Below are positions 45,656 to 64,000 of a DNA stretch of 64,000 bases, piece after piece. The DNA is from the human T2T-CHM13v2.0 reference genome, Homo sapiens. Below the pieces are notes generated by a model. It made no database searches, was not told where the DNA came from, and saw only the letters and a program-made list of their open reading frames with translations. A program made the position numbers and the translations under genes. Within the stretch, counting starts at the first letter, position 1. Each line of letters begins with the position of its first letter. The stretch lies in NCBI RefSeq assembly GCF_009914755.1, contig NC_060940.1. One strand, written 5' to 3'.

Positions 45656-46343
45656 TTATATAAAGAGGAGATTTTTGTTATTGTTCCTGAGTAAATTTGT
45701 TTTGAACACATTAGGAGAAATGCACAAAAGAGAAATACAGCATTTCATCTTTTGGACTGTTCAAGTATTTTATTTCCTTCTACAGAACAATGAATTATTA
45801 AGCAACTATATACTGTAAAGCATTCTCATCAAGAGATTTCTTAAAAAGTATTTGCCATAAACGACAATGCTACTTTACAGGTAATTCTCAATTATCTGCT
45901 GTAATATTTTTATCTGAGGTAGGGATAAAAACATCCCATTTCTGGACTTTACTTGGAGAACCAGCTAGAGGTGAATATACGACCCTTCATGACCTGGACT
46001 GAAAACATTTTCAAGTTCTCTATTTCGGTCAATACAGCCCCTTTAATAATTCCCCAAAGCATCTCCCCTTTCCACCTGTGCTACGACTCTCTTGCACACG
46101 TTTTGTATTCCCACAGATCACAAAATCACAAAGCACCGGAGCTGGAAGAATCTTAAGAGATAATCCAAGGCCAGGAGCGGTGGCTCACGCCTGTAATCCC
46201 ACCACTTTGGGAGGCCAAGGCGGGTGGGATTACCTGAGGTCAGGAGTTCAAGACCAGCCTGGCCAACATGGTGAAAACCCGTCTCTACTAAAAATACAAA
46301 AATTAGCCAAGCCTCGGCCGGACACAGTGGCTCACGCCTGTCA

Positions 46344-46838
<495 letters not shown>

Positions 46839-46974
46839 CTATTGGTAATATGCAAGATGATTTCAGGTGGTATGTGTTGGTACTTATATTTTATAGTCAT
46901 ATATTTAGTTTCATATATATTAGAGAAGTATACCTACCACATCAAATTCATGAGTTCACGTATATTTCCGCTTA

Positions 46975-47151
<177 letters not shown>

Positions 47152-47154
47152 CTA

Positions 47155-47511
<357 letters not shown>

Positions 47512-49319
47512 TCAAGCTAAGAATAGCAGAGCTGTGTTCCACCCAAATCTAAATCCTAATTTTGTCTTATTACACTGCCCTAAAATAATTTACTATCTGT
47601 ATGACATCAAGTGATTAACACTCTTATATAATCGCTTCTCGATCACAACAATCTCACTTATCAAACCAACTGTAAGCAATGGTGGTGTCTTAAAGTACTA
47701 GTGTCCTTCCACAATGATAGGTGTATAATAGAAGATCAATAATGACTTGATTATGTGGTTAGATTGCTTCCAACCAGACAGACAGCATAGGAGGAAATTC
47801 CATATTGGCTCAAACAAAACAATCATAATATATCCTAAAGCCAAACAATGTTTGGATTAATTGCTGTTTGAATTATTCATTGTCACTGATTCCCTCCATG
47901 AATGAATATGGAATCAGGAACTGGTACATATATAATCCTAGAAACTTTACAATATATACATACCCAGAGAATATATACAGGAAACGACTCATATAAGTTA
48001 GACAGCAGAGATCTTAGAAACCGTACTGTAGGGGCAGGGTGTGGTGGCTCCGCCTGTAACCTCAGCATCCGGGAGGCAGAGGAGGGTGGGTCGGTTGAGC
48101 TCAGGAGTTAGAGACCAACCTGGGCAACCCGGCAAGACCTTGTCTCTCTTAAAATTAAAAAAAAAAAAAAGTATACCCCAACTACTCATTTAACACATCA
48201 GGAAGCAGAGAGAGAAAATGCTTACAGTCATTTGTTAGTTAATGGCACTGACAGCTCTAGTCTCAGTTCACTTTTTGTGATGTTCCATGGATTCAATATA
48301 AATATCAAGGAAATACAACTAAATGCTTCCAGTGTTCTAGTACAAATCCTGCTTAAGGTGAGTTGGGATTTGAAACTCTTTTCATAAAGCAGAAATTCGG
48401 TTTATGATGCACTCAGACTAATTAAATTAGCGTTGGGTGATAACGCATTTGCCTGAGAAATCTACAAATACTTCAATGCACTGTTACAACTCAGTTGTTC
48501 TTGTGTCCCATTTAGCATACATTTATAAACCTATGGCATTCTCAACAGTCACAGACTAATGTCCTTAGCTACAACCACCCATGGTACATTAGAAAGAGTA
48601 TGGTCTTTTAAGTCAAAAAGGACTTCCTGAACACCAGCTCTACCACTTAGGATATAACATCAGACAACTTACTTTAGCTCTTTGAGCCTATTTCTCTGCT
48701 AAAAGAATAACACTAGCACTAGCACTAGCACCTCATTATCATTATCATTGATAATGATAGTCATTATCAACAGTGAGACAATAGAGATGGTGTAGTCCAC
48801 TATCTCAAGTATACAGTTAAGTGAAAGGTTAAAAGCAGAGTATAAAAATATTTACCTATGAGTCTAAAAGGGGGTTTATGGTTTGCAACACTGAAATGTT
48901 AATTCCTGTTCAATACCTAAATTAGTTTATTTAAATATTTACAAAGCATTCACTCTGTGCAAAGCTTAGAGCATGGCTACAAATTTATAATCTGAGACTG
49001 ATATATCAAGAAAAGGTGGCAAGAAAGAATTTTTTTATGTTTTTCTTTTTAGTGTCAGAATTACTTGCAAAAGAAAGATTATACATTTAAATACAAAAAC
49101 AAACAAAAAAAACCTTCTAGTTTTTAAAAAGTATTTATCACAGACATGCTTGAAGTATTTGAAATGACAGTATCTGGGATTTGCTTTTAAATATGCCAGC
49201 CTCCCAACCCTGTGCCCTAAAAATAAAAGGGCGGGGCTGGGCGCGGTGACTCACGCCTGTAATCCCAGCACTTTGGGAGGCCGAGGCGGGCAGATCACGA
49301 GGTCAGGAGTTCGAGACTA

Positions 49320-49607
<288 letters not shown>

Positions 49608-49825
49608 CTATGGGGCACGCACAATGGCTCATGCCTGTAATCCAGCAGTTTGGGAGGCCGACGCAGGCAGATCACCTAAGGTGAGGAGTTCAAGACCAGC
49701 CTGGCCAAGGTGATGAAGAGGCTGAGACAGGAGAATCACTTGAACCCAGAAGGCAGAGGTTGCAGTGAGCCAAGATTGTGCCACTGCACTCCAGCCTGAG
49801 CAACAGGGCAAGACTTCGTCTCAAA

Positions 49826-49864
49826 CAACAACAACAACAACAACAGCAGCAGCAGCAGCAGCAG
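49826..49864. repeat. (CAA)6(CAG)7 repeat in an Alu tail
   Basis: Directly visible between two tandem Alus. Confidence 0.95.
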
Positions 49865-49947
49865 CCAGGCGCAATAGCTCATGACTGTAATCCCAGCACT
49901 TTGGGAGACCAAGGTGGGCAGATCATGAGGTCAGGAGATCAAGACTA

Positions 49948-50139
<192 letters not shown>

Positions 50140-50949
50140 TCAAAAAAAAAAAAAAAAGAAAATCTAATCTATGAACATCACAAACTTTTTATTAGAGACG
50201 GTGTCTCACTATGTTGCCAGGCTGGTACTGAACTCCTAGCTCAAGCAATCCTCCTGCCTCAGCCTCCCAAAGGGCTAGGATTTCAAGTGTGAGCCACTGC
50301 GCCCGGCTGAACACCACAAACTTCTAAGGAACCAAGGTCTCCATCTGAAACTTCGAAATACAAGACACTAGTGGAAAAAAAAAAAGTGCTACTGGCCATT
50401 TCAACCAAGAATAAGTAAAGTATTTTAAAATGACTGACAACATCAAGCATGCCTTCCTTATCACATACTAGGCAACAGTATCTTCTCTTTCTTTGGTATT
50501 ATTACTCCACCTACTAGAACAGCCCAGGGAATATTTTTTCTTTTCTGCCTTACACTTTCTAATTTTTTGTTTTTATTTAAATAACTTGAACTACTAATAA
50601 TTATACACACACAACTAGGACTACTAACACACCATTACTGGCTATTACATCTATTATTTCATAGTGGACCCATGATATACTTGGCCTTTTTAAAAGCATG
50701 ACTCATCCGAGAGCGTTAAAAAAAAAAAAAAAGAATCCCAAGGCCAGGCACAGTGGCTCACAACTCTAATCCCAGCACTTTGGAAAGCCCAGCTGGGAAG
50801 ATCACTTGAACCCGGAATGTGGAGGCTTCAGTGAACTCTCAAACCCAGAAGACTGAGGCTGCAGTGAGCTATGACTGCACCACTGCACTCCAGCCTGGAT
50901 GACAGAGCGAGACCCTGTCTCCATAATAAAAAATTTTTTTTCAGAAAGA

Positions 50950-51213
50950 AAAGTTCCATAAGGTTCCAAAAAGCAAAAGTTAAGTTTGACATATGCCAAG
51001 TACTACAGTGAATCCACATGAATGAACTGATATGTAGGCACTGTACTAGGTATCACAAGTATTTTAGAGAAGACAAGAATTCGGAAGGGTGTGCACAGAT
51101 GATATGGAAATACGACACCATTTTATACGGTATAAGGTACTTGAGCGTCCTTGGATTTCAATATCTGCAGGAGGCCTGGAACCATCCTCCAGTGATACCA
51201 AGGAACAACTGTA
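50950..51213. mobile_element. MER2/MER2B (TcMar-Tigger) fragment
   Basis: GTTCCAAAAAGCAAAAG...ATACGACACCATTTTATA...ACTTGAGCGTCCTTGGATTT...GATACCAAGGAACAACTGTA terminus. Confidence 0.75.
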
Positions 51214-52630
51214 CTCATATGCTCTGCCTTTTCATAATTCCAATAATGGGTACGGATAGGAAAATGTTCCCTGCATTTGCATGCAAAGGGACAGAAAAGT
51301 ACATATATCTATTTCACTATCAAATAGTTCTACTTACTGAACAGCAAATACAAAACATATTCTATACATGTTTCTTCAAATGTGCCTAACTAGTTTACTT
51401 CTTTAAGTTATGCTCTTTCAAACACATAGATCAGATTTAATTAACTCCCAGACTAAGCAGAATGAAATTTCCTTTCGCTGTCTTTAAAGAAAAAGAAAAT
51501 AGGGTGGGGGTGGTGGCTCACACCACTAATCTCAGCACTTTGGGAGCCCGAGGCTGGCAGATCACAAGGTCAGGAGATCGAGACCATCCTGGCCAACATG
51601 GTGAAACCCTGTCTCTACTAAAAATACAAAAATTAGCTGGGCGTGGTGGCGCTCGCCTGTAGTCCCAGGTACTCAGGTGGCTGAGGCAGAATTGCTTAAA
51701 GCCGGGAGGTGGAGGTTGCAGTGAGCCAAGTTCAAGCCACTGCACTCCAGCCTGGCGACAGAGTGAGACTCCATCTCAAAAAAAAGAAAAGAAGTTTAAA
51801 AATAACTCCACCTCCTGAAGAATACACATAGGTGTTCACAGTACTCTTCCTTCATTATTTCTGTATGTAAAAACTGGAGGAAAAAACATTAAATTGGAAA
51901 TTTGGTCCCTCCACCTCCCCCCAACCCCCCAAAACCCCCATTTCCAATTTATATGACGCCTTTCCTCCTCTGGAGCATAAAACTGCCTCCTTTAAGTGGA
52001 GGTTTCCAAATGTCCGGAATACACATGAAGGATATATACACTCCTTGAATAGGCCACTTTTTGCCACTTTCCCTAATAATGTGCTGTTTCTACCACAAAC
52101 TACTACTAATTGTTTGGTCACCAGTATTAGGATCCTAGTTTGATGAAACGACATCTATTATGTGTCCTCAAAGAGCGAAAAGAAAATTCCAAAAAGTTCG
52201 ACAGAGTTAGGAATATTAGCTGTATCTACCAGAGGACTATCCCTCTAGTCGTTAAGCTGAAGATGAGAAGTCAGGTAAGGCCTCACATTTCTAGGGGCTC
52301 TGGAAACTTCCTTTCTTTCTGTCTCCTGCTTATGTATGTCTTTTCCTCTATCTGAATTGCTTTTGTATAGAATACTAGAACACGAGATGAAGGGGGGAAA
52401 TGCCAAGAGAAGCAAATTTCTACAAGCAAGTGGTCTTGCTATAGCTTGAACGCCTTAAACAAATCTGATATTTAAAAAAAAAACCAAAAACAGTATCAAG
52501 TGGTAGCTTCATTCTATTTGTCCACCTTTAGGGCTAATTTTATATACCTACACCTCTGGAAAAAGTTACTACTGTCAGATTTGCTCCCAAACTTTTAGAA
52601 TTGTCATTATGGTCTGCAGCATTAAACCTA

Positions 52631-52677
52631 GATTATAAATTATCAATGTCACTTGATTATAAATTATCAATGTCACT
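52631..52677. repeat. 24-bp-period tandem duplication
   Basis: GATTATAAATTATCAATGTCACT x2 separated by one T. Confidence 0.95.
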
Positions 52678-53389
52678 CAACTGAATCACACCAAGCAACG
52701 ACAAATGTAGATTTCATTAAGAGATACTGTTAAAATCACATTCAGACCTCAGAAAGGCAAGATCCCATAACCCAGTCACAAACACAGCTTCAAACGCTTC
52801 CCCAACTTTTCAAGCTTTGGGGCGCCAAGTCACTGGGAGTTAACAGCTTAAACATGGGGTTCAATACAACTGACCAAAGGAAGTGAAGAAAACAAAGCAT
52901 ACATTAATTTCAGCACCAAAAATATGGATTTGCGAATTACATCTACTGCTAATAAACAGATCATTCTTTACAGCCTAAGTACGCCAGGCATTTTTTTATG
53001 TTTAAATGGCTTGCCACAAATTGTCCTAGTCGAAACTGATGGCAAAATCCTAAACTGATCTTCGGCGAGGAGACACTCTGCATAGAGCATCACACAAAAG
53101 ACAGGAGCGAACAGACACGCTCTGGGCCTCGGCGGATTGCGGCCAGGAGCCCAGGTTTTCGTCCCAGACCCCGGCAACAGGGAGGGAAATAAGGGCGGGG
53201 GAAAGAAGGAGTGGGAGTGGGATCCTTTTCCCTGAAAGCGCCTGGGAGTGAGGAGCAAAGAGGGAAGGAGCGAGTGCAGCACAGAGGAAGCAAGGAAAGC
53301 AGCCGACCGGCGTCAGCGGCTTCCAAGGCCGGCAACACCCTCGGGCCCGCACCAGGCCTGGCCCTCCCGGCTTCGTCCCACCTCCTCAC

Positions 53390-53827
53390 CTCCCTCACAT
53401 CCTGCAGGCACTCGAGCACCGCCAGGTTGTTGCTCCAGGTGTGCTTAGGGCACACGCGGGTCACGTCCTCCCTGCAGGACTCTTCCTCCGCCAGCTTCCA
53501 GCCCCCACCAGCCCCCGCTCCTCCCCGCCGGGCCGGAGGCCCACCCGCCGGGAAAGGCGGCTGCGGCGGCTGAGGCTGCTGTTGCTGTTGCTGCTGCTGC
53601 TGTTGCTGCTGAAGCTGCGATGACTGAGGCAGCTGGGGCAGCTGCTGACCCGCCGGGCCGCCGCCTCCGGCCTGCCCTACGAAGGACACAAAGTTGGCCC
53701 CGGGACCCTGGCCCTGGCTGTGGACGCCCTGGCCGGGGAGTTTCTCGGCCCCGGCCGCGAATAGCAGCAGCAGATGCAGCGCCGCCGACAAGCGGAACAT
53801 CCTCCGTACACGTCCACACGCCGCCAT
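53390..53827 (-). CDS. GLG1: GLG1 coding exon 1 (146 codons: signal peptide, Gln/Pro-rich region with Q12, start of first Cys-rich GLG1 repeat)
   Basis: Translation MAACGRVRRMFRLSAALHLLLLFAAGAEKLPGQG...[19 protein letters not shown]...WKLAEEESCREDVTRVCPKHTWSNNLAVLECLQDVRE is the recognisable GLG1 N-terminus. ATG at 53827-53825; phase-0 splice donor GAG|GTGAGG at 53390/53389; lies in a CpG island. Confidence 0.97.
53576..53611 (-). repeat. Coding CAG/CAA repeat (Q12) in GLG1 exon 1
   Basis: CAG CAG CAA CAG CAG CAG CAG CAA CAG CAA CAG CAG on the minus strand. Confidence 0.95.
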
Positions 53828-53831
53828 CTTG
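53820..53831 (-). promoter_or_regulatory. TISU / YY1 element overlapping the GLG1 start codon
   Basis: Minus strand reads CAAGATGGCGGC, an exact match to TISU consensus SAASATGGCGGC and the YY1 core motif. Confidence 0.75.
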
Positions 53832-53868
53832 AGTCCGCGGCGAGCTCGACGCACTCGCCGGCGCCGCG

Positions 53869-53877
53869 TATTTAAAT
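53869..53877 (-). promoter_or_regulatory. TATA-like box
   Basis: ATTTAAATA (minus) is an isolated AT run in the GC-rich promoter, 42-50 bp upstream of the ATG, implying a TSS near 53845-53850. Confidence 0.55.
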
Positions 53878-55902
53878 GAGGGGGTGGAGACGCTGGGCGT
53901 GGCAGCGTGGCCCTGCCGAGCCCCGCCCCGCCGGCGCCGACCCGCGAACCCAGAGTGGGGCGAAGGAGGAGGCCGTGCTGGAAACCGCACACACCCTGGA
54001 CCGGCGGGCGGGAGAGCGGCGCTCCTTACCCGGGGGGGTTGCTGGGGTTTCTTAAAAAGCCCGGGCAGGGCGGCCTACTCTAATTCCATTTGCTGTCACA
54101 AAAAAAAAAATCAAGGGAATTGGGGTTGCCACAACCAAAATGGCCGGTAGAATATGTCGCCGGTTCAATGACTTGGAAAACAAAAACTTTATATGTAGAG
54201 GTGAACTTTGCACAACCAGGTGTATTACGGAATCGGAAAGCCTCTCCTTGTATCGCTCCCTCCTTCCTTCCTTCCTTCCATCTGCCTCAGAAGTCTTTCT
54301 TAGCCAAAGAGAGAGACAGCATTGAATAGGGTTAAGAGCATAAGTTCTGGGGTAAGAAAAAAAATTAAGGTTATAATCCTTGCTCTGGCAGGGTACGCAA
54401 GAGCTCAAATGTAAAGTACCATTGGCAAGATTCGAAATAATAATTTAAGTGCCTGGCCCACAACACTGAACTCAAAAAGTCACAGCCAGTATTGTTAATA
54501 AACTGGGAAGCCGTTTATGCATGAATCCTGATTTTAAGCCAGCATTTAGATTCATGTTTAAAGGATGAAAAAATAATAATAAAACACATCTTTGAGGACT
54601 CGGGTTAAGTCTGTGTGTCGGTAACTGTTCTCATTGACCTGCATGCAACACCGCAGGCACCCCACACTAGCATCCCCTCCCTGTCCTTAGGAGAGAGGAT
54701 ATGTTCCCAAAGCCTCTTCACATCCGCTGTGTAATCTGAGCCATGCATCAGGCCTGCGTTAGGTTCTCATTTAACTGAAGAATGGCACAGAGATGTTAAC
54801 AGTTCTGCGTGGAGGGATTAAATGAGCTGCCCAAGAGGAACTCTGCCATCCTGTAGACAGCTAGGCTAGCCACCAGAATCCCTGGGGCTTCCCACCACCC
54901 TGGCGCACTTTCATCCCACTCTGTCCATGCACATGTTGGGGAATGAGGGCAGTTTGGGTTGTGTAATCTCCACTGGTCATTGTGTCCAAAAATGCGAATT
55001 ACATCTACTGTAGTAAACAGACAGCTTCTGCTGTCCTGACCCGCAAATGAGCAGTCAAGACCAAGTTAGACATAACTAGAACCTGAAAAGTCAGGAGCTC
55101 AGGGAACCCAAAAGGAGCTCCTGAGACTGAAGATATTCTGTGAGTACAAATTACCCACTGTGGCTGACCCCAGGCCTCTATCATGGGGAATGAGAGCTTG
55201 TTGGCATCTCCACCAACGGTCACCTTTGCTACTGTCATAAAATGATCATGAGGCTGCTGCTAACCTTGAGCACTGACTAAGGCAGCCCCATGTTTATTAG
55301 CAAACACATGGCATAGGTAAGTTTCAGTCAGGCAGGCTGGACACATCACCAGAAGTCCTTGAGATGTCACTAGCGTATGTTAATTTTTTTTTTTTTTTTT
55401 TGAGACGGAATCTCACTCTGTTGCCCAGGCTGGAGTGCAGTGGCGTGATCTCTGCTCGGAGCTGCCACCTCCACCTCCTGGGTTCAAGCAGTTCTCCTGC
55501 CTCAGCCTCCGAGTGGCTGGGATTACAGGCATGTGCCACCACACCCAGCTAATTTTTGTATTTTTAGTAGCGACGGGGTTTTGCCATGTTGGCCAGGCTG
55601 GTCTCGAACCCCAAACCTCAGGCGATCTGCCCACCTCAGCCTCCCAAAGTGCTAGGATTACAGGCGTGAGGTACTGCGCCTGGCCTCCATTAATTTTCAA
55701 TGCTGAGTCTGCATGTGTTCAGACAAGTGGGAGATTATTTTAAGCCAGTTTAACTAGAAATTGACAATCCTAGATAAGCCATCAGTTACTTATCTTTCAG
55801 CCTGAACTGAGGAAACCACAGCCACAGATTGCCTCCAGAGATAGGGAGGAGTACACATGGCTATCTTGAAATCTCAGTCACCAAGAAGCAAGAAACAGAT
55901 AA

Positions 55903-57000
<1,098 letters not shown>

Positions 57001-57125
57001 TAATGGCATGATCATGTTCACTGCATCCTCAGCCTCCCAAGCTCAAGTGATCCTTCCACCTCAGCTTCCCAAAGTGCTGGGATTACAGGTGTCAGCCCTG
57101 CACCTGGGCTGTTGAGAATTTGTTC

Positions 57126-57128
<3 letters not shown>

Positions 57129-57171
<43 letters not shown>

Positions 57172-57172
57172 T
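57129..57172. repeat. (ATT)n Alu-tail microsatellite
   Basis: About 14 TAT units, directly visible. Confidence 0.9.
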
Positions 57173-58014
57173 GAGATGGAGTGTTTCACTCTTGTTGCCC
57201 AGGCTGCTGTGCAATGGCATGATCTCAGCTCTGCAACCTCTGCCTCCCGGGTTCAAGTGATTCTCCTGCCTCAGCCTCCCCAAGTAACTAGGATTACAGG
57301 CGCCTGCCACCACGCCCAGCTAGTTTTTGTATTTTTAGTAGAGAGAGATTTCACCATGTTGACCAGGCTAGTCTCGAACTCCTGACTTCAGGTGATTGCC
57401 TGCCTCGGCCTCCCAAGTGCAACCATGAAAAGAGGACTCTAAGTGTTCCAAAATCAGACATTAATAACTAGTTCAAGATTCTAAGGAGGTGGGAATAAGC
57501 ATTCAAAATGAAGGCCTGCTAGGCATGGTGGCTCACACCTACCTGTAATCCCAGCACTTTGGGAGGCCGAGGCGGGTGGATCACCTGAGGTCAGGCCTTT
57601 ACTAAAAATACAAAAATTGGCTGGGCATAATGGTGCAACCTATAGTCCCAGTTACTCAGGAGGCTTACGCGGGAAGATCACTTGAAAGCGGCAAGTGGAG
57701 GTTGCAGTGAGCTGAGATTATGCCACTGCACTCCAGCCTGGGTGACAGAGTGAGATCCTGTCTCAGAAAAATAAAAAAATTAAAAAATTTAAAAAAAAAG
57801 GGGGTCAGGCGCAGTGGCTCATGGATGTAATCCCAGCTACTCGGAGGCTGAGGCAGGAGAACTTCTTGAACCCAGGAGGTGGAGGTTGCAGCTCCGAGCA
57901 GAGATCACGCCGCTGCACTCCAGCCTGGGCAACAGAGCGAGACTCGGTCTAAAAAAAAAAAAAAAAACAGTGCCTATCAAAGACTCAGTGTTGCAGGGTG
58001 GGCGCAGTGGCTCA

Positions 58015-58370
<356 letters not shown>

Positions 58371-58810
58371 CTACTGAGCTCACATGGAACCTGCATGTCT
58401 GCTGCTATGGCTGCTCTGTTCACGTGCCCAGAATGTCGGGTCAGGAGGAGCTAGAGGCTAGCTCATGTGAATTGGCTGTGTCATTTTGCTTACTTGGTTG
58501 CTCAGTGCCTCTTCTATGGTGGAGGCTTTCTGGAGGGCATTATTAAGAGATACAAAAATCTTTATATATTGTACTCACCCCCACACGTTCATCCACATGC
58601 CTCTACTCCAGGCCAGGCCATTGGACTTTGTCCAGGAATCTGTATATATTCTCATCTTACATACAAAGTGGAATGACTAAGAGCACAGCCAGCATTTCCA
58701 CTAGTTTGGAAAAGTTTTCACTCTCCACCATCTTTCAGAACCACATTTGCATTCTTTAGGTCTGTAATGGTGGCTCTAATCTTCACCAATCCCCATCCTC
58801 CCAATGGAAC

Positions 58811-60227
<1,417 letters not shown>

Positions 60228-60309
60228 TGACGTCAGGTGATCTGCCCACTTTGGCCTCCCAAAGTGCTGGGATTACAGCCACTGAGCCTGGCCTTGGAAC
60301 ATTGTTTTT

Positions 60310-61735
<1,426 letters not shown>

Positions 61736-61738
61736 CTT

Positions 61739-62490
<752 letters not shown>

Positions 62491-62736
62491 AGTAACTTCT
62501 TTAACTAGAGAATCTCTTTCATATAAAAGGCATAGCATGGCTGGGCGTGGTGGCTCACGCCTGTAATCCCAGCACTTTGGGAGGCCAAGGCGAGCAGATC
62601 ACCTGAGGTCAGGAGGTGAAGACTGGCCTGGCTGACATGGTAAAGCCCAGTCTCTACTAAAAATACAAAAATTAGCCGGGTGCAGTGGCTCATGCCTGTA
62701 ATTCCAGCACTTTGGGAGGCTAAGCGGGGCAGATCA

Positions 62737-63138
<402 letters not shown>

Positions 63139-63328
63139 TTAGACTACTAAGCTAGGACATTGGTGACTTCATATTGACAAGACTTAAGGGATTAAAAATG
63201 AAATAACAGGCCAGGCGTGGTGGCTCATGCCTGTAATTCCAGCACTTTGGGAGGCTGAGGCAGTGGATCACTTGAGGCCAGGAATTTGAGACCACCCTGG
63301 CCAACATGGCGAAACCCCGTCCCTACTA

Positions 63329-63493
<165 letters not shown>

Positions 63494-64000
63494 TTAAAAA
63501 AAAAAAAAAAAGAGTAACAAGTAACATATTTCTAGACACCCCCACATTATCCAGCTAAGAGACCTGAACTTGTCTGTCACAGCAACCTCAGTGACTGTCT
63601 AGACGAGAATCTAAGACTCCTGGAGAAGAAAAACTCACCCAGCATTCTGATCTGTAGACAGTAGAGACCGGACTGTAGTTTGAATATTACTTCCTTTACG
63701 GCAATTTGCCAGTTTGCAGGAATATCATGTCTTTTGGAGAGGGTCTCAATCAGAGAAACAAATGTTAGCATTTGATATTTCGTTTACTTCCTTGACTCAA
63801 GGGCAAGTGACTCCTGTGAGCTGAGGGGGTAGCATACTGTTTGCCTAGTGAAATACCATCTCTCTATCTCAAGTCAGGACATCATCTTCAAGAGAGGAAC
63901 TGGGGTCATCGCTAACTCTGGAGCTTCCACTGGGGTACAAGTGAGGTGTCAGAACTTCACTGAGCTTAGATTCCGTGGCAATTTCCCATCTTCCCCCCTA

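Larger units (their letters stand above)
53030..54080. promoter_or_regulatory. CpG island / GLG1 promoter
   Basis: Abrupt GC- and CpG-rich block in otherwise CpG-poor DNA, spanning exon 1 and its upstream flank; GC box GCCCCGCCCC at about 53920-53930. Confidence 0.92.

Noticed and set aside
53090-53389. Exon 1 frame stays open 100 codons into intron 1 (possible secreted truncated isoform)
   Set aside because: GC-rich and stop-poor, a good donor site is present, and I saw no nearby minus-strand poly(A) signal.
53828-53992. 55-codon in-frame N-terminal extension of GLG1 in the 300-aa ORF
   Set aside because: Non-ATG start lying upstream of the inferred TATA/TSS; open frames are expected in GC-rich DNA.
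53211-54150. Plus-strand and alternative-frame ORFs over the CpG island
   Set aside because: Low-complexity shadow frames of exon 1 and the promoter.

Overview
Primate (almost certainly human) genomic DNA containing the 5' end of GLG1 (Golgi glycoprotein 1 / ESL-1 / CFR-1) on the minus strand. It holds a CpG-island promoter, coding exon 1 (53827-53390; signal peptide, Q12 tract, start of the first Cys-rich repeat), about 53 kb of intron 1 running to the left edge, and about 10 kb of upstream DNA. The upstream part carries an HSPE1 (Hsp10) processed pseudogene interrupted by three Alu insertions, plus ERVL remnants. The window is very Alu-rich (about 100 full or partial copies by eye). It also has a MER57-type ERV1 provirus nested in MLT2 and L1MC, MaLR and MER21 LTRs, old L1/L2/MIR and DNA-transposon relics, and one very young AluYb8. 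Nearly all ORF-track entries are Alu translations. I found no new gene system. The main unexplained structure is a set of four local templated copy events in or next to Alus: 3395-3536, 28335-28445 vs 29123-29233, 38619/42796/41486, and 55403 vs 57826. In each, flanking or variant sequence was copied into an Alu, mostly inverted. Other points of interest are a perfect TISU/YY1 element on the GLG1 start codon and a target site shared by the HSPE1 retrocopy and an adjacent Alu. Repeat subfamily names are from recalled consensus sequences and need RepeatMasker/Dfam confirmation.
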